Assembly (NCBI GenBank): GCA_964614265.1 | Contig: CAZTKT010000002.1 | Coordinates: 1-38,792, forward strand | Direction: 5' to 3' | Origin: an uncultured Candidatus Saccharibacteria bacterium | Lineage (GTDB): Bacteria > Patescibacteriota > Minisyncoccia > Phycocordibacterales > UBA918 | DNA: 38,792 bases | Part shown: positions 1 to 7,418 of the stretch, piece after piece | Layout of the letters: each line of letters opens with the position of its first letter | How positions within the stretch are numbered: position 1 is the first letter of the stretch | The notes under the pieces: generated by a model | Told to the model about the DNA's origin: nothing | Databases searched by the model: none | Seen by the model: only the letters and a program-made list of their open reading frames with translations | Program-made: the position numbers and the translations under genes

Positions 1-1765
1 ATGTTAGTGCGATTAATCATACAAGGTTAGTGTGCAAATTTTGGGGTCCGGGTCAGGTCTCTTAACAAAAATTAACCAAAATCAAAATGAAAATACTATG
101 GAACATGCATTAATTTACTGCCGAGTCTCGACCGAGGAACAGGCCGAGGACGGTCATCACTCCCTCGCGACCCAACTCAAACTCTGCAAGCGGGCTATTG
201 AGGAAAGCAATAAGTTCAAGCTGGCCAATGATGGTGTCTTTGAAGACCCGGGACGATCGGCCACGAATATGAACCGGCCGGGACTCCAAGACATGCTTCT
301 TCGGGTTCAAGACGACAAAGCCGTCCGCGCAGTCTTTGTTCAAGACACCGATCGGTTAGCCAGAAATGCACTTGATCATATGCAAATCAAAGCACTGCTC
401 AAAAAGCACGACGCCGAACTGATATCAGTCTCCCAACCAGGCATATCCGACTCGCCCGAAGGAAACTTTATGGACTTGGTGATCGCCGGTGTGAACCAAC
501 TCCAATCGCAGATCACCTCAAGGAAAACCATAAAGAGCCTTGAGCAGAAATTCTGGGACGGCTGGTGGCCGACCGGCGTAGCAAACGGATATCTTAATGC
601 CGGCGATCCGAGCGATGAAAAAAAGAGGATCATTATTACTGACGAAGAACGCGCACCGCTTATTCAAGAAGCATTCAAGATGTATGTGACCAGTGACTAT
701 TCTGTTTACGAAGTTCGCGATACTTTATATAAAAAAGGATTCAGAACCCATGCCGGCAAGCGACTCGCACATAGCAAAATGATCGAGATACTAAAAAATC
801 CTTTCTATTACGGTGAGATGCGTTGGCGAGGACTGGTGAATACGGGAAAGCATAAAGCGCTCATCACCAAAGAAACATGGGAACGCGCCCAGCTGGTGAT
901 GGCCGAACACAACCGCTATGCCTGTCGGCGACAAAAGTTTAATTTCATACTGCGAGGTCTGACATTCTGCGCGATCTGCGGACAACGATATACCGCCGAG
1001 CATCACCCGAAGAAAAATAAATCCTATTACCACTGCAACCAGTCTGGCGATCAAATCAAATGCACTGACAAATATGTTGAAGTTTGGGATTTGGAACAGC
1101 AGATAGCCGACCTTTTCAAACTGATTGAATTTACACCCACATTCGTAAATCGAATGGTGGCCAAGATCGAGAAAATATACAGCGGTCGAAAGGAAGTCAT
1201 AAACAAAGATAAGAAAGGGCTAAACACGCAAAAGATGATATTAGAAAAGAAGCGTGACACGGCCGAAGAAAAACTCTTTGCCGGACTGATTTCCGATGAC
1301 GACTTCACTCGAGTCAAAGTAAAAATAAAAGAACAAGTCGAAAGCATACAGGACGAAATCTACACCCAAGACAAAAAGCTCAATATGCGGATCGACGAAC
1401 TCCAAGACATCCTGCTCTTTGTGAGAAACGCATACGAGGCATACATGAAAGCCCCGGACGAAATGAAGCGATTATTCCTCGGTCTCTACTGGGAACGCTT
1501 CGAGGTCACCGATAAGAAAGCCGTGACGGTCATACCAAGCCCGATCATACGAGCCTTGATGCAAGCAGAGGGACTGATATTCACCGAGAAATACAAAGAA
1601 AGCCAGATGCCACGGATCGTAACCGACATGGCGGTGGAATTCAGTCCAGTGGTGGACGGAAAATCAAAGTCGAAGGTTGCCCCTAAAACTCAAAAATCCC
1701 GACATAAAGTCGAGACTTTCGAGGTGGCATCCAATAAACCTTCTGCGGTTATATTAGATACCGTC
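1..1765. mobile_element. Right-hand edge of a putative integrated element (recombinase next to the 3' end of tRNA-His); truncated by the window start
   Basis: The serine recombinase gene lies immediately next to, and overlaps, the 3' end of a minus-strand tRNA-His. This is the classical tRNA-then-integrase island arrangement. The other end is not in the window. Confidence 0.45.
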
Positions 1766-1894
1766 TGGGGTGACCGGCCGGACTCGAACCGGCAACCACT
1801 CGGACCACAACCGAGAGCTCCACCATTGAGCTACGGTCACCATTATTGCTCTTTCATACCAAATGTGTTGTCTCTTCCAACGTCGCAATTATGA
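98..1894 (+). CDS. Large serine recombinase (integrase type)
   Basis: From the ORF track entry 32..1894. The ATG at 98 gives MEHALIYCRVSTEEQ, the catalytic-Ser resolvase motif. DTDRLARN is also present, followed by a recombinase domain, a Cys-rich zinc-ribbon-like segment (CAICGQRY...YYHCNQ) and a coiled-coil-like K/E-rich region. The last ~43 codons are antisense to tRNA-His and its flank, so the true C-terminus is uncertain. Confidence 0.85.
   Translation: MEHALIYCRVSTEEQAEDGHHSLATQLKLCKRAIEESNKFKLANDGVFEDPGRSATNMNRPGLQDMLLRVQDDKAVRAVFVQDTDRLARNALDHMQIKALLKKHDAELISVSQPGISDSPEGNFMDLVIAGVNQLQSQITSRKTIKSLEQKFWDGWWPTGVANGYLNAGDPSDEKKRIIITDEERAPLIQEAFKMYVTSDYSVYEVRDTLYKKGFRTHAGKRLAHSKMIEILKNPFYYGEMRWRGLVNTGKHKALITKETWERAQLVMAEHNRYACRRQKFNFILRGLTFCAICGQRYTAEHHPKKNKSYYHCNQSGDQIKCTDKYVEVWDLEQQIADLFKLIEFTPTFVNRMVAKIEKIYSGRKEVINKDKKGLNTQKMILEKKRDTAEEKLFAGLISDDDFTRVKVKIKEQVESIQDEIYTQDKKLNMRIDELQDILLFVRNAYEAYMKAPDEMKRLFLGLYWERFEVTDKKAVTVIPSPIIRALMQAEGLIFTEKYKESQMPRIVTDMAVEFSPVVDGKSKSKVAPKTQKSRHKVETFEVASNKPSAVILDTVWGDRPDSNRQPLGPQPRAPPLSYGHHYCSFIPNVLSLPTSQL
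1766..1841 (-). tRNA. tRNA-His (anticodon GTG), with G-1 and encoded CCA
   Basis: Hand-folded cloverleaf: G-1, acceptor GTGACCG/CGGTCAC, D stem GCTC/GAGC, anticodon stem CTCGG/CCGAG with loop TTGTGGT, T arm GCCGG-TTCGAGT-CCGGC, discriminator C, CCA. Confidence 0.9.
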
Positions 1895-1927
1895 CATAGA
1901 AGATAGGGATGGCGCAACAGGCTTGTA

Positions 1928-1955
1928 TTGCGCCACGGGATAAATCGTTTATACT
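1928..1955 (+). promoter_or_regulatory. Sigma70-like promoter candidate for the atp operon (TTGCGC-16 nt-TATACT)
   Basis: Hexamers read by eye, 14 nt upstream of the atpB ATG. It overlaps a 7-bp hairpin (1911-1917 / 1928-1934). Confidence 0.3.
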
Positions 1956-1969
1956 GAGCGTGTTCTGGT

Positions 1970-2710
1970 ATGCCACATATAGAGATCGCAGCTGAAGAGC
2001 TGATCAAAGTCTTTGGGTTCCCTGTCACCAACACGTTTCTTGCCGCATGGCTCGTGGGGGGTCTTCTGTGTCTCGGGGCATTTGTGCTCTCTCGGCGGAT
2101 ACGGTTGATCCCCTCAGGCATGCAGAATGTGTTTGAGGTCCTGATTGAAGCCTTGCTGACACTCATGGAAGGTATCTTTGGTTCAAGAGAGCGAGCGGAG
2201 CAGTATCTACCGATCATTGCGACGCTCTTCTTGTTTATTATTGCCTCAAATTGGTTTGGTATTTTGCCTGGGGTGTCGGCGTTTGGATTTTTTGCACACA
2301 AAGAAGGACATGAGCTCTTTGTACCGTTTCTGCGTTCTGCGGGGAGTGATCTCAACATCACATTGGCGCTCGGGATCGTCGCGATGACGCTGGTAAATGT
2401 CTCTGGAGTCAATGCACTCGGGGTGTGGGCACATGCACGGAAGTTTTTTAGCTTCCGAAACCCTATTGACTTTTTTGTTGGCATCCTTGAACTTCTGTCA
2501 GAGTTTGCTAAAATCATATCGTTCTCGTTTCGTCTCTTCGGCAACGTCTTTGCTGGGGAGGTGTTGCTGGTTATTGTTGGGTCATTGGCTCCGTACGGAG
2601 CCCCAGTACCGTTTCTGCTTCTTGAGGTCTTTGTGGGCTTCATCCAAGCACTGGTGTTTGCAATGTTGACGATGGTGTTCATCAGCATTGCGGTATCACA
2701 TCAGCATTAA
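1970..2710 (+). CDS. atpB: F0 ATP synthase subunit a
   Basis: Polytopic membrane protein with the conserved FSFRLFGNVFAGE motif (essential Arg). First gene of the atp cluster. Confidence 0.92.
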   Translation: MPHIEIAAEELIKVFGFPVTNTFLAAWLVGGLLCLGAFVLSRRIRLIPSGMQNVFEVLIEALLTLMEGIFGSRERAEQYLPIIATLFLFIIASNWFGILPGVSAFGFFAHKEGHELFVPFLRSAGSDLNITLALGIVAMTLVNVSGVNALGVWAHARKFFSFRNPIDFFVGILELLSEFAKIISFSFRLFGNVFAGEVLLVIVGSLAPYGAPVPFLLLEVFVGFIQALVFAMLTMVFISIAVSHQH

Positions 2711-2740
2711 TAAGTAGAGGTAAAAATTCACATACTATAT

Positions 2741-2977
2741 ATGTCTACAGATCCTGAAGTAATGAGACTCATTGTGACGGTTGCCGCTATTGTCGGAGGG
2801 ACCGTTGTGCCAGCCGCTGCGATTGCATTTATTGGTGGGAAAGGACTTGACGCGATTGGGCGCAATCCTGAGGCGGCATCAAAAGTACAAACAGCGATGG
2901 TTCTCGCGATTGCGTTTGCTGAAGCGATCGCGATCTATTCGCTCGTGATTGCGCTTGTGGTGAAGTTTGTACAGTAA
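2741..2977 (+). CDS. atpE: F0 ATP synthase subunit c
   Basis: 78-aa two-helix proteolipid with a loop GRNPEA and the carboxylate in AFAEAIAIY. Confidence 0.92.
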   Translation: MSTDPEVMRLIVTVAAIVGGTVVPAAAIAFIGGKGLDAIGRNPEAASKVQTAMVLAIAFAEAIAIYSLVIALVVKFVQ

Positions 2978-2978
2978 C

Positions 2979-3075
2979 CCCAGAAATAAAACCAATTTTT
3001 GAAAAGGTGATACCAGTGCGGGGCACTGTGTCACCCTGCCCGCAAGCCCTTTCCAAAAATTGTTTTATTTCTGGG
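2979..3075. repeat. Long near-perfect inverted repeat (arms ~28-29 nt) filling the atpE-atpF spacer
   Basis: Left arm cccagaaataaaaccaatttttgaaaagg (2979-3007) pairs with right arm cctttccaaaaattgttttatttctggg (3048-3075), with one bulge and one mismatch. The GC-rich core 3006-3046 contains its own smaller hairpin options. Confidence 0.85.
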
Positions 3076-3091
3076 TGACGACAGGTCTTAT

Positions 3092-3604
3092 ATGCAAGAA
3101 CTTCTCACAAATTTTGGTATCGATTGGAGGCTACTTTTTGCACAAGTAGTGAATTTCGCGATACTCTTTTTCCTCTTGAAGAAGTTTGCCTATCAGCCAG
3201 TGTTGGCGATGTTGCGCAAGCGGGTGACTGAGATTAAAGAAGGGATTGCCATGCGAGCGGAGGCAGAGAAAACGCTCGGTGAGATGGAGGTACTAAAAAC
3301 ACAGACACTCACACGTGCGCAGGAGGATGCCCTTGCACTGGTGAGCGAGGCAGAAGAGACTGCTGGCGTTCGTCGTGAGGAGATTGTGCATGATGCACTC
3401 GCGCGTGGTGATGTTCTGGTCGCTGATGCACAGCGTATGGCAGAGCGGGAAGCAGAGAAGATCCATGATGCGGTCGCGCGCGAAGCCGAGGAATTGGTGC
3501 GTAACGGTATTGCACAAGTGCTCCAGAAAATGCCTGCGGACGTGCGGGATGAGGAACTTATTCGTGGTGCGCTTGCGGCGATTCGATCCACAAAGCGTGT
3601 ATGA
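3092..3604 (+). CDS. atpF: F0 ATP synthase subunit b
   Basis: N-terminal TM helix followed by a long charged A/E/R-rich helix. Position is between atpE and atpH, with an ATGA overlap to the next gene. Confidence 0.8.
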   Translation: MQELLTNFGIDWRLLFAQVVNFAILFFLLKKFAYQPVLAMLRKRVTEIKEGIAMRAEAEKTLGEMEVLKTQTLTRAQEDALALVSEAEETAGVRREEIVHDALARGDVLVADAQRMAEREAEKIHDAVAREAEELVRNGIAQVLQKMPADVRDEELIRGALAAIRSTKRV

Positions 3605-3984
3605 GATACAAGATCAGTCAGTATGCGGATGCCCTTGTTGAAGCGCTAGACGGCGCTACTGATGAGACTGCGCGCACTCGCACTCGTGCGTTTGTGGCAC
3701 TTCTGCAGAAACATCAGATGCTGGGGAGGGCGGAGCGGATCGCGGGTATGGTGGAGCGCCGGCTCGCAAAGCGAGCCGGCGTCACCCGCATCACACTCGA
3801 GAGTGCCGCTGCACTCTCACCGGCGTTTCGTACAGAATTGTCCGAATTATTTGGCGATAAGGTATGGATCGCAGAGCATGTGCAACCAGATCTACTCGCC
3901 GGTGTGCGTATCGTGATTGACGACGAGACGCTCATCGACGCAAGCGGTAAGCGGCGGCTCGCCACGTTGTTTCAGACACACTAA
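3601..3984 (+). CDS. atpH: F1 ATP synthase subunit delta (OSCP), short form (127 aa)
   Basis: Called from its position between atpF and atpA and from C-terminal OSCP-like sequence ([23 protein letters not shown]). It is shorter than the usual ~180 aa. Confidence 0.65.
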   Translation: MRYKISQYADALVEALDGATDETARTRTRAFVALLQKHQMLGRAERIAGMVERRLAKRAGVTRITLESAAALSPAFRTELSELFGDKVWIAEHVQPDLLAGVRIVIDDETLIDASGKRRLATLFQTH

Positions 3985-4007
3985 ACGGAGATCGTAATAT
4001 ATTTTTT

Positions 4008-5534
4008 ATGGATAGCATCGTACAACAACTTAAAAAGGAGATCGAAGGTTTCAAAAGCGAGATCAAGGCTGAAAAAGTCGGGTACGTGCTTGAGGTTGGC
4101 GATGGGATCGCCAAAATCTCTGGTATTTCAGGTGCTGCGTCGCAAGAGATGCTCGAGATTGAGACATCACGTGGTATGGTCACCGCACTCGCATTCAACC
4201 TCGAAGAAGAGACTGTCGGCGCGGTCGTGCTTGGGGATGCCTCAGACATCAAACAAGGAGCGCTCGTGCGTCCTACAGGACGCGTGCTCTCCGTGCGTGT
4301 GGGAGATGAGCTTATTGGTCGCGTCGTCAATGCACTCGGTGAGCCTATCGATAATCAAGGTGCCATTTTTCAAAAAGATACCGAGGAAATTTTTTATCCG
4401 GTCGAACGTCGAGCGCCGGGCGTATTGGCACGCGAATCAGTGAATACGCCGCTCCATACTGGTATCAAGGCGATTGATGCGATTATCCCGATTGGTCGGG
4501 GGCAGCGCGAGCTCATTATCGGTGATCGCGGATTAGGGAAGACGGCAATTGCGCTCGACACGATCATCAATCAAAAAAATGATGCGAGTGACCGTCGTCC
4601 CATTTGTATTTATGTTGCGATCGGGCAAAAAGAATCAAAAGTGGCACGACTCATTGCGACACTGAGAGAGGCGGGCGCGATGGAATATACAATCATCGTC
4701 TCTGCTCCCGCGTCAGCACCGTCTCCTATGTGGTATCTTGCGCCATACACCGCAACAGCGATCGGTGAATACTTTATGGAACGTGGGCAAGATGCGCTCG
4801 TGATCTATGATGACCTCTCCAAACATGCGTGGTCGTACCGCGAGCTCTCGCTTCTACTGCGGCGACCGCCCGGACGCGAAGCATACCCAGGGGATATTTT
4901 TTATCTACACTCACGTCTCCTTGAACGTTCTGCAAAATTAAACAAAGAGCATGGAGGGGGTTCTCTTACTGCGCTTCCAATCATTGAAACACAGCTCGGG
5001 GATGTGTCTGCGTATATTCCAACGAATGTGATTTCCATCACTGATGGGCAGATATATCTCGAACCAGAACTCTTTTATCAAGGCAATCGTCCGGCGGTAA
5101 ACGCGGGGTTGTCGGTGTCGCGTGTGGGATCTGCCGCACAAACAAAAGCGATGAAGAAAGTGGCGGGACGGCTTCGCCTCGAGCTTGCACAGTTTCGTGA
5201 GCTCGCGGCCTTTATGCAATTTTCTTCAGAGCTTGATGAAGGGACACGTAAGCGCATCGAGCGAGGAAAAGTGCTTTCAGAAATACTCAAACAACCAGAG
5301 CTTGCCCCAGTGCCATTTGAGTATCAGGTCGTGCTCATCTGGGCCGCAACGAATGGATGGTTTGATGCGGTGGGACCAGAACAGGCTGCGGCGCGAGGGC
5401 ATGCGTTTCTTGAATATATCCACAAGCTTTATCGAGAAGAAATCTTTGGTGCGATCCGCACCTCGGGTGATCTGTCGGAGGTCACTGAAACCGCATTGAA
5501 GAGCGCTGCAGAGACATTTGCAACGTTGCCGTAG
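4008..5534 (+). CDS. atpA: F1 ATP synthase subunit alpha
   Basis: Walker A GDRGLGKT, and conserved alpha motifs ([39 protein letters not shown]). Confidence 0.97.
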   Translation: MDSIVQQLKKEIEGFKSEIKAEKVGYVLEVGDGIAKISGISGAASQEMLEIETSRGMVTALAFNLEEETVGAVVLGDASDIKQGALVRPTGRVLSVRVGDELIGRVVNALGEPIDNQGAIFQKDTEEIFYPVERRAPGVLARESVNTPLHTGIKAIDAIIPIGRGQRELIIGDRGLGKTAIALDTIINQKNDASDRRPICIYVAIGQKESKVARLIATLREAGAMEYTIIVSAPASAPSPMWYLAPYTATAIGEYFMERGQDALVIYDDLSKHAWSYRELSLLLRRPPGREAYPGDIFYLHSRLLERSAKLNKEHGGGSLTALPIIETQLGDVSAYIPTNVISITDGQIYLEPELFYQGNRPAVNAGLSVSRVGSAAQTKAMKKVAGRLRLELAQFRELAAFMQFSSELDEGTRKRIERGKVLSEILKQPELAPVPFEYQVVLIWAATNGWFDAVGPEQAAARGHAFLEYIHKLYREEIFGAIRTSGDLSEVTETALKSAAETFATLP

Positions 5535-5546
5535 AGAGAAAAATAC

Positions 5547-5608
5547 ATGGCCTCAATCAAATCAATCAGACAGAGAATAAAGGGCGCGCAGAATACCGCG
5601 AAGATCAC
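5547..5608 (+). repeat. atpG 5'-end copy 1 (truncated remnant; open for 35 codons to the TGA at 5652-5654)
   Basis: 60/62 nt identical (by eye) to the start of the intact atpG at 7419-7480. It begins 12 nt after the atpA stop and encodes MASIKSIRQRIKGAQNTAKITK before diverging. Confidence 0.95.
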
Positions 5609-5615
5609 GAAAAAG

Positions 5616-5644
5616 TTGACATATCTTTACGCTATGTATAAACT
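5616..5644 (+). promoter_or_regulatory. Promoter-like TTGACA-17 nt-TAAACT, immediately after repeat copy 1
   Basis: The hexamers are at 5616-5621 and 5639-5644. The -10 hexamer ends 6 nt before the antitoxin ATG at 5651, and there is no SD. This suggests a leaderless or near-leaderless transcript. Confidence 0.5.
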
Positions 5645-5650
5645 ATATCC

Positions 5651-5926
5651 ATGACGACACAAATCGTATTCACCATTGATCCGAAAGTGAAAATGCAAGC
5701 GATGAAGCGCGCGAAGCAAGCGGGGGTTCCGTTCGCCTCCGTTTTGAAGCTGGCGACCAAGGCGTTCGCCGAGGGTAGATTTTCTGTGGACATTACGTCC
5801 GAAGAGCGCTTTAACGCGAAAACGAAGCGAGAAATCCGCGTGGCTCTGCGCGATGCTGAACAGGGGAAAAATATTCTATCGTTCAAGAATGCCGGGGAGA
5901 TGGACAAGTATCTTCTCTCGCTTTAG
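5651..5926 (+). CDS. Type II antitoxin, RelB/DinJ-like
   Basis: 91 aa. The N-terminal ribbon-helix-helix-like segment and the C-terminal part (NAKTKREIRVALRDAEQG...FKNAGEMDKYL) resemble the DinJ layout. It lies directly upstream of a RelE-like ORF. Confidence 0.7.
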   Translation: MTTQIVFTIDPKVKMQAMKRAKQAGVPFASVLKLATKAFAEGRFSVDITSEERFNAKTKREIRVALRDAEQGKNILSFKNAGEMDKYLLSL

Positions 5927-5935
5927 CAATCAGGT

Positions 5936-6193
5936 ATGGAAATTGAGTTTCATCGACTATTTCTTAAACAATATAAGAAGTTGCCGAGTACTATTCGCGT
6001 ACAGTTTGTCGAACGGAAAAACCTCTTTACACAGGAACCATTTCATCCGCTCCTGCACAACCATTCCGTCGACAGTGTATTCCCCGATTGCCGGAGCATT
6101 AATATCACGGGCGACTACCGGGCGATATTTAGACAACAAGATAAACAGGTACTATTCCTTCAGATTGGCATGCACAGCGAGTTATATAGATGA
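5936..6193 (+). CDS. Type II toxin, RelE/YafQ-family mRNA interferase-like
   Basis: 85 aa with the pattern HPLLHNH...RSINITGDYRAIF...LFLQIGMHSELY, typical of RelE/ParE-fold toxins. Confidence 0.75.
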   Translation: MEIEFHRLFLKQYKKLPSTIRVQFVERKNLFTQEPFHPLLHNHSVDSVFPDCRSINITGDYRAIFRQQDKQVLFLQIGMHSELYR

Positions 6194-6211
6194 AGGATAA
6201 AGAAATATAAT

Positions 6212-6270
6212 ATGACCTCAATTAAATCGATCAGACAGAGAATAAAGGGTGCGCAGAACACCGCGAAGAT
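6212..6270 (+). repeat. atpG 5'-end copy 2 (truncated remnant; open for 31 codons to the TGA at 6305-6307)
   Basis: 54/59 nt identical (by eye) to 7419-7477. It encodes MTSIKSIRQRIKGAQNTAK before diverging. Confidence 0.95.
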
Positions 6271-6284
6271 GGGCGTCCACGCGT

Positions 6285-6313
6285 TTGTCTTGGGTTTTTC
6301 ATCGTGATATACT
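6285..6313 (+). promoter_or_regulatory. Promoter-like TTGTCT-17 nt-TATACT, immediately after repeat copy 2
   Basis: The -10 hexamer ends 7 nt before the ATG at 6321, and there is no SD. Confidence 0.45.
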
Positions 6314-6320
6314 CGCAACT

Positions 6321-6536
6321 ATGGACACGATTGCTATCCCAAAAACCGAATACAAGCAACTACAACGCCAAGCGAGCGCCTATAAAAAAATGGCTCAAAA
6401 TCTGCATGAGTCGCTGTTACGGGATTCGGCCGGAGCGGTAGTCGCCGATTTTAGAGAGACAGGTTTATATGAAGAAGATTTTTTGTCTGATCTGGAAGAT
6501 GGACTGCGTAAATCTTCCTACGCGAAGAAAAAATGA
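6321..6536 (+). CDS. Putative type II antitoxin (71 aa)
   Basis: Small acidic ORF whose stop overlaps the start of the downstream RelE-like ORF (ATGA at 6533-6536). The start was moved from the track's 6249 to the ATG at 6321, downstream of the promoter-like site. The family is not recognised. Confidence 0.55.
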   Translation: MDTIAIPKTEYKQLQRQASAYKKMAQNLHESLLRDSAGAVVADFRETGLYEEDFLSDLEDGLRKSSYAKKK

Positions 6537-6781
6537 AAATCAAACTAATTCGGCCTGATGTTCTTCTCTATATCAAAGAGCACAATCTCTTGGCTAAATG
6601 GAAAAAGGCGAAGAAATTTTTTGAAACAGATGTGCGTCATTCAGCGCTTCGGATGGAATTATTGGAACCGGGGTGGCGTGGCATTTATTCTTTTCGTCTC
6701 GATCCAAAGTATCGCGCTCTCTTTTTTATAGATCAAGGGAAGGCTGAAGTCTTCAGAATTACAAACCACTACAAGAAATAA
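6533..6781 (+). CDS. RelE/ParE-superfamily toxin-like protein (82 aa)
   Basis: Pattern LEPGWRGIYSFRLDPKYRALFFIDQGKAEVFRITNHY, typical of RelE-fold toxins. It is translationally coupled to the upstream small ORF. Confidence 0.65.
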   Translation: MKIKLIRPDVLLYIKEHNLLAKWKKAKKFFETDVRHSALRMELLEPGWRGIYSFRLDPKYRALFFIDQGKAEVFRITNHYKK

Positions 6782-6788
6782 TTATACT

Positions 6789-7409
6789 ATGACTAGCCGC
6801 ACCCTAGCGAAAATTGCGCTCATACTGGCTATTTCCTTGATCGGAAGTATCATTTTTCTTTCTGGTTTTGGGAGGGGCACGTCAATCATGCAATTTAAAG
6901 GACAACCAATTTTGAAAGTAACGTACCCTCGCTTTTCCTATGTCTTTAGACGATATGGACAAACTTTCCCTGATCTTCCCACAGAAGCCTTCATAATTCC
7001 GATAGGAGACGCTTTGACGTTCCCTACCGGTGATTGCCAACTGGTATCTTTTACTGTATCTGACCCTAAAGAGCATGGCGAGTATGTACCTTCGCCAAAG
7101 TATGTACGTTCACCAGAGGAATACGAGGGTGCAGACACTGTAACACGAGCTGTAGTTGATACTGGATATAGCGAGGATCAGACAACTATAAATCATGAAT
7201 ATTCTAGTAAAGAAATTAACGGGAGAGAATTTTTTGTTTTTCGTGATACAAATAGCACTTATCCTGATCACGAGAGGGAACACTTGCTTACGTGGGTAGG
7301 TAAAACTATGATTAAGATAGTCTATGAGACGAAATCAATATATTGTGACGATCTTGCTGACATTCCTCAGATTTTAAACTCGTTACAGGTCATAGGAGGA
7401 CAAAAATAA
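6789..7409 (+). CDS. Hypothetical protein with an N-terminal membrane anchor (206 aa)
   Basis: Long ORF with an N-terminal hydrophobic helix (LAKIALILAISLIGSIIFLSGF). Visibly lower G+C than the atp genes. No family recognised. Confidence 0.6.
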   Translation: MTSRTLAKIALILAISLIGSIIFLSGFGRGTSIMQFKGQPILKVTYPRFSYVFRRYGQTFPDLPTEAFIIPIGDALTFPTGDCQLVSFTVSDPKEHGEYVPSPKYVRSPEEYEGADTVTRAVVDTGYSEDQTTINHEYSSKEINGREFFVFRDTNSTYPDHEREHLLTWVGKTMIKIVYETKSIYCDDLADIPQILNSLQVIGGQK

Positions 7410-7418
7410 CCAATAGAT

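Larger units (their letters stand above)
5547..6211 (+). mobile_element. Cassette 1: atpG-5' repeat + promoter-like sequence + DinJ/RelB-like antitoxin + RelE/YafQ-like toxin
   Basis: Bounded by repeat copies 1 and 2. No recombinase lies inside. Confidence 0.55.
6212..7418 (+). mobile_element. Cassette 2: atpG-5' repeat + promoter-like sequence + antitoxin + RelE/ParE-like toxin + 206-aa membrane-anchored ORF
   Basis: Bounded by repeat copies 2 and 3. No recombinase lies inside. Confidence 0.5.

Noticed and set aside
3-32. Direct repeat GTTAGTG at 3-9 and 26-32, reminiscent of the GTTAGAACC core near the right end
   Set aside because: It is only 7 nt long and lies at the window edge with no context. 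It is easily explained by chance.
32-97. GTG-initiated 22-codon N-terminal extension of the serine recombinase ORF
   Set aside because: The catalytic resolvase motif starts right after the ATG at 98. The upstream codons (low-complexity NQNQNEN) look like AT-rich leader sequence rather than coding.
1843-2688. 281-aa minus-strand ORF
   Set aside because: It is entirely antisense to the well-supported atpB gene. Its composition is low-complexity and R/S/P-rich, typical of shadow ORFs.
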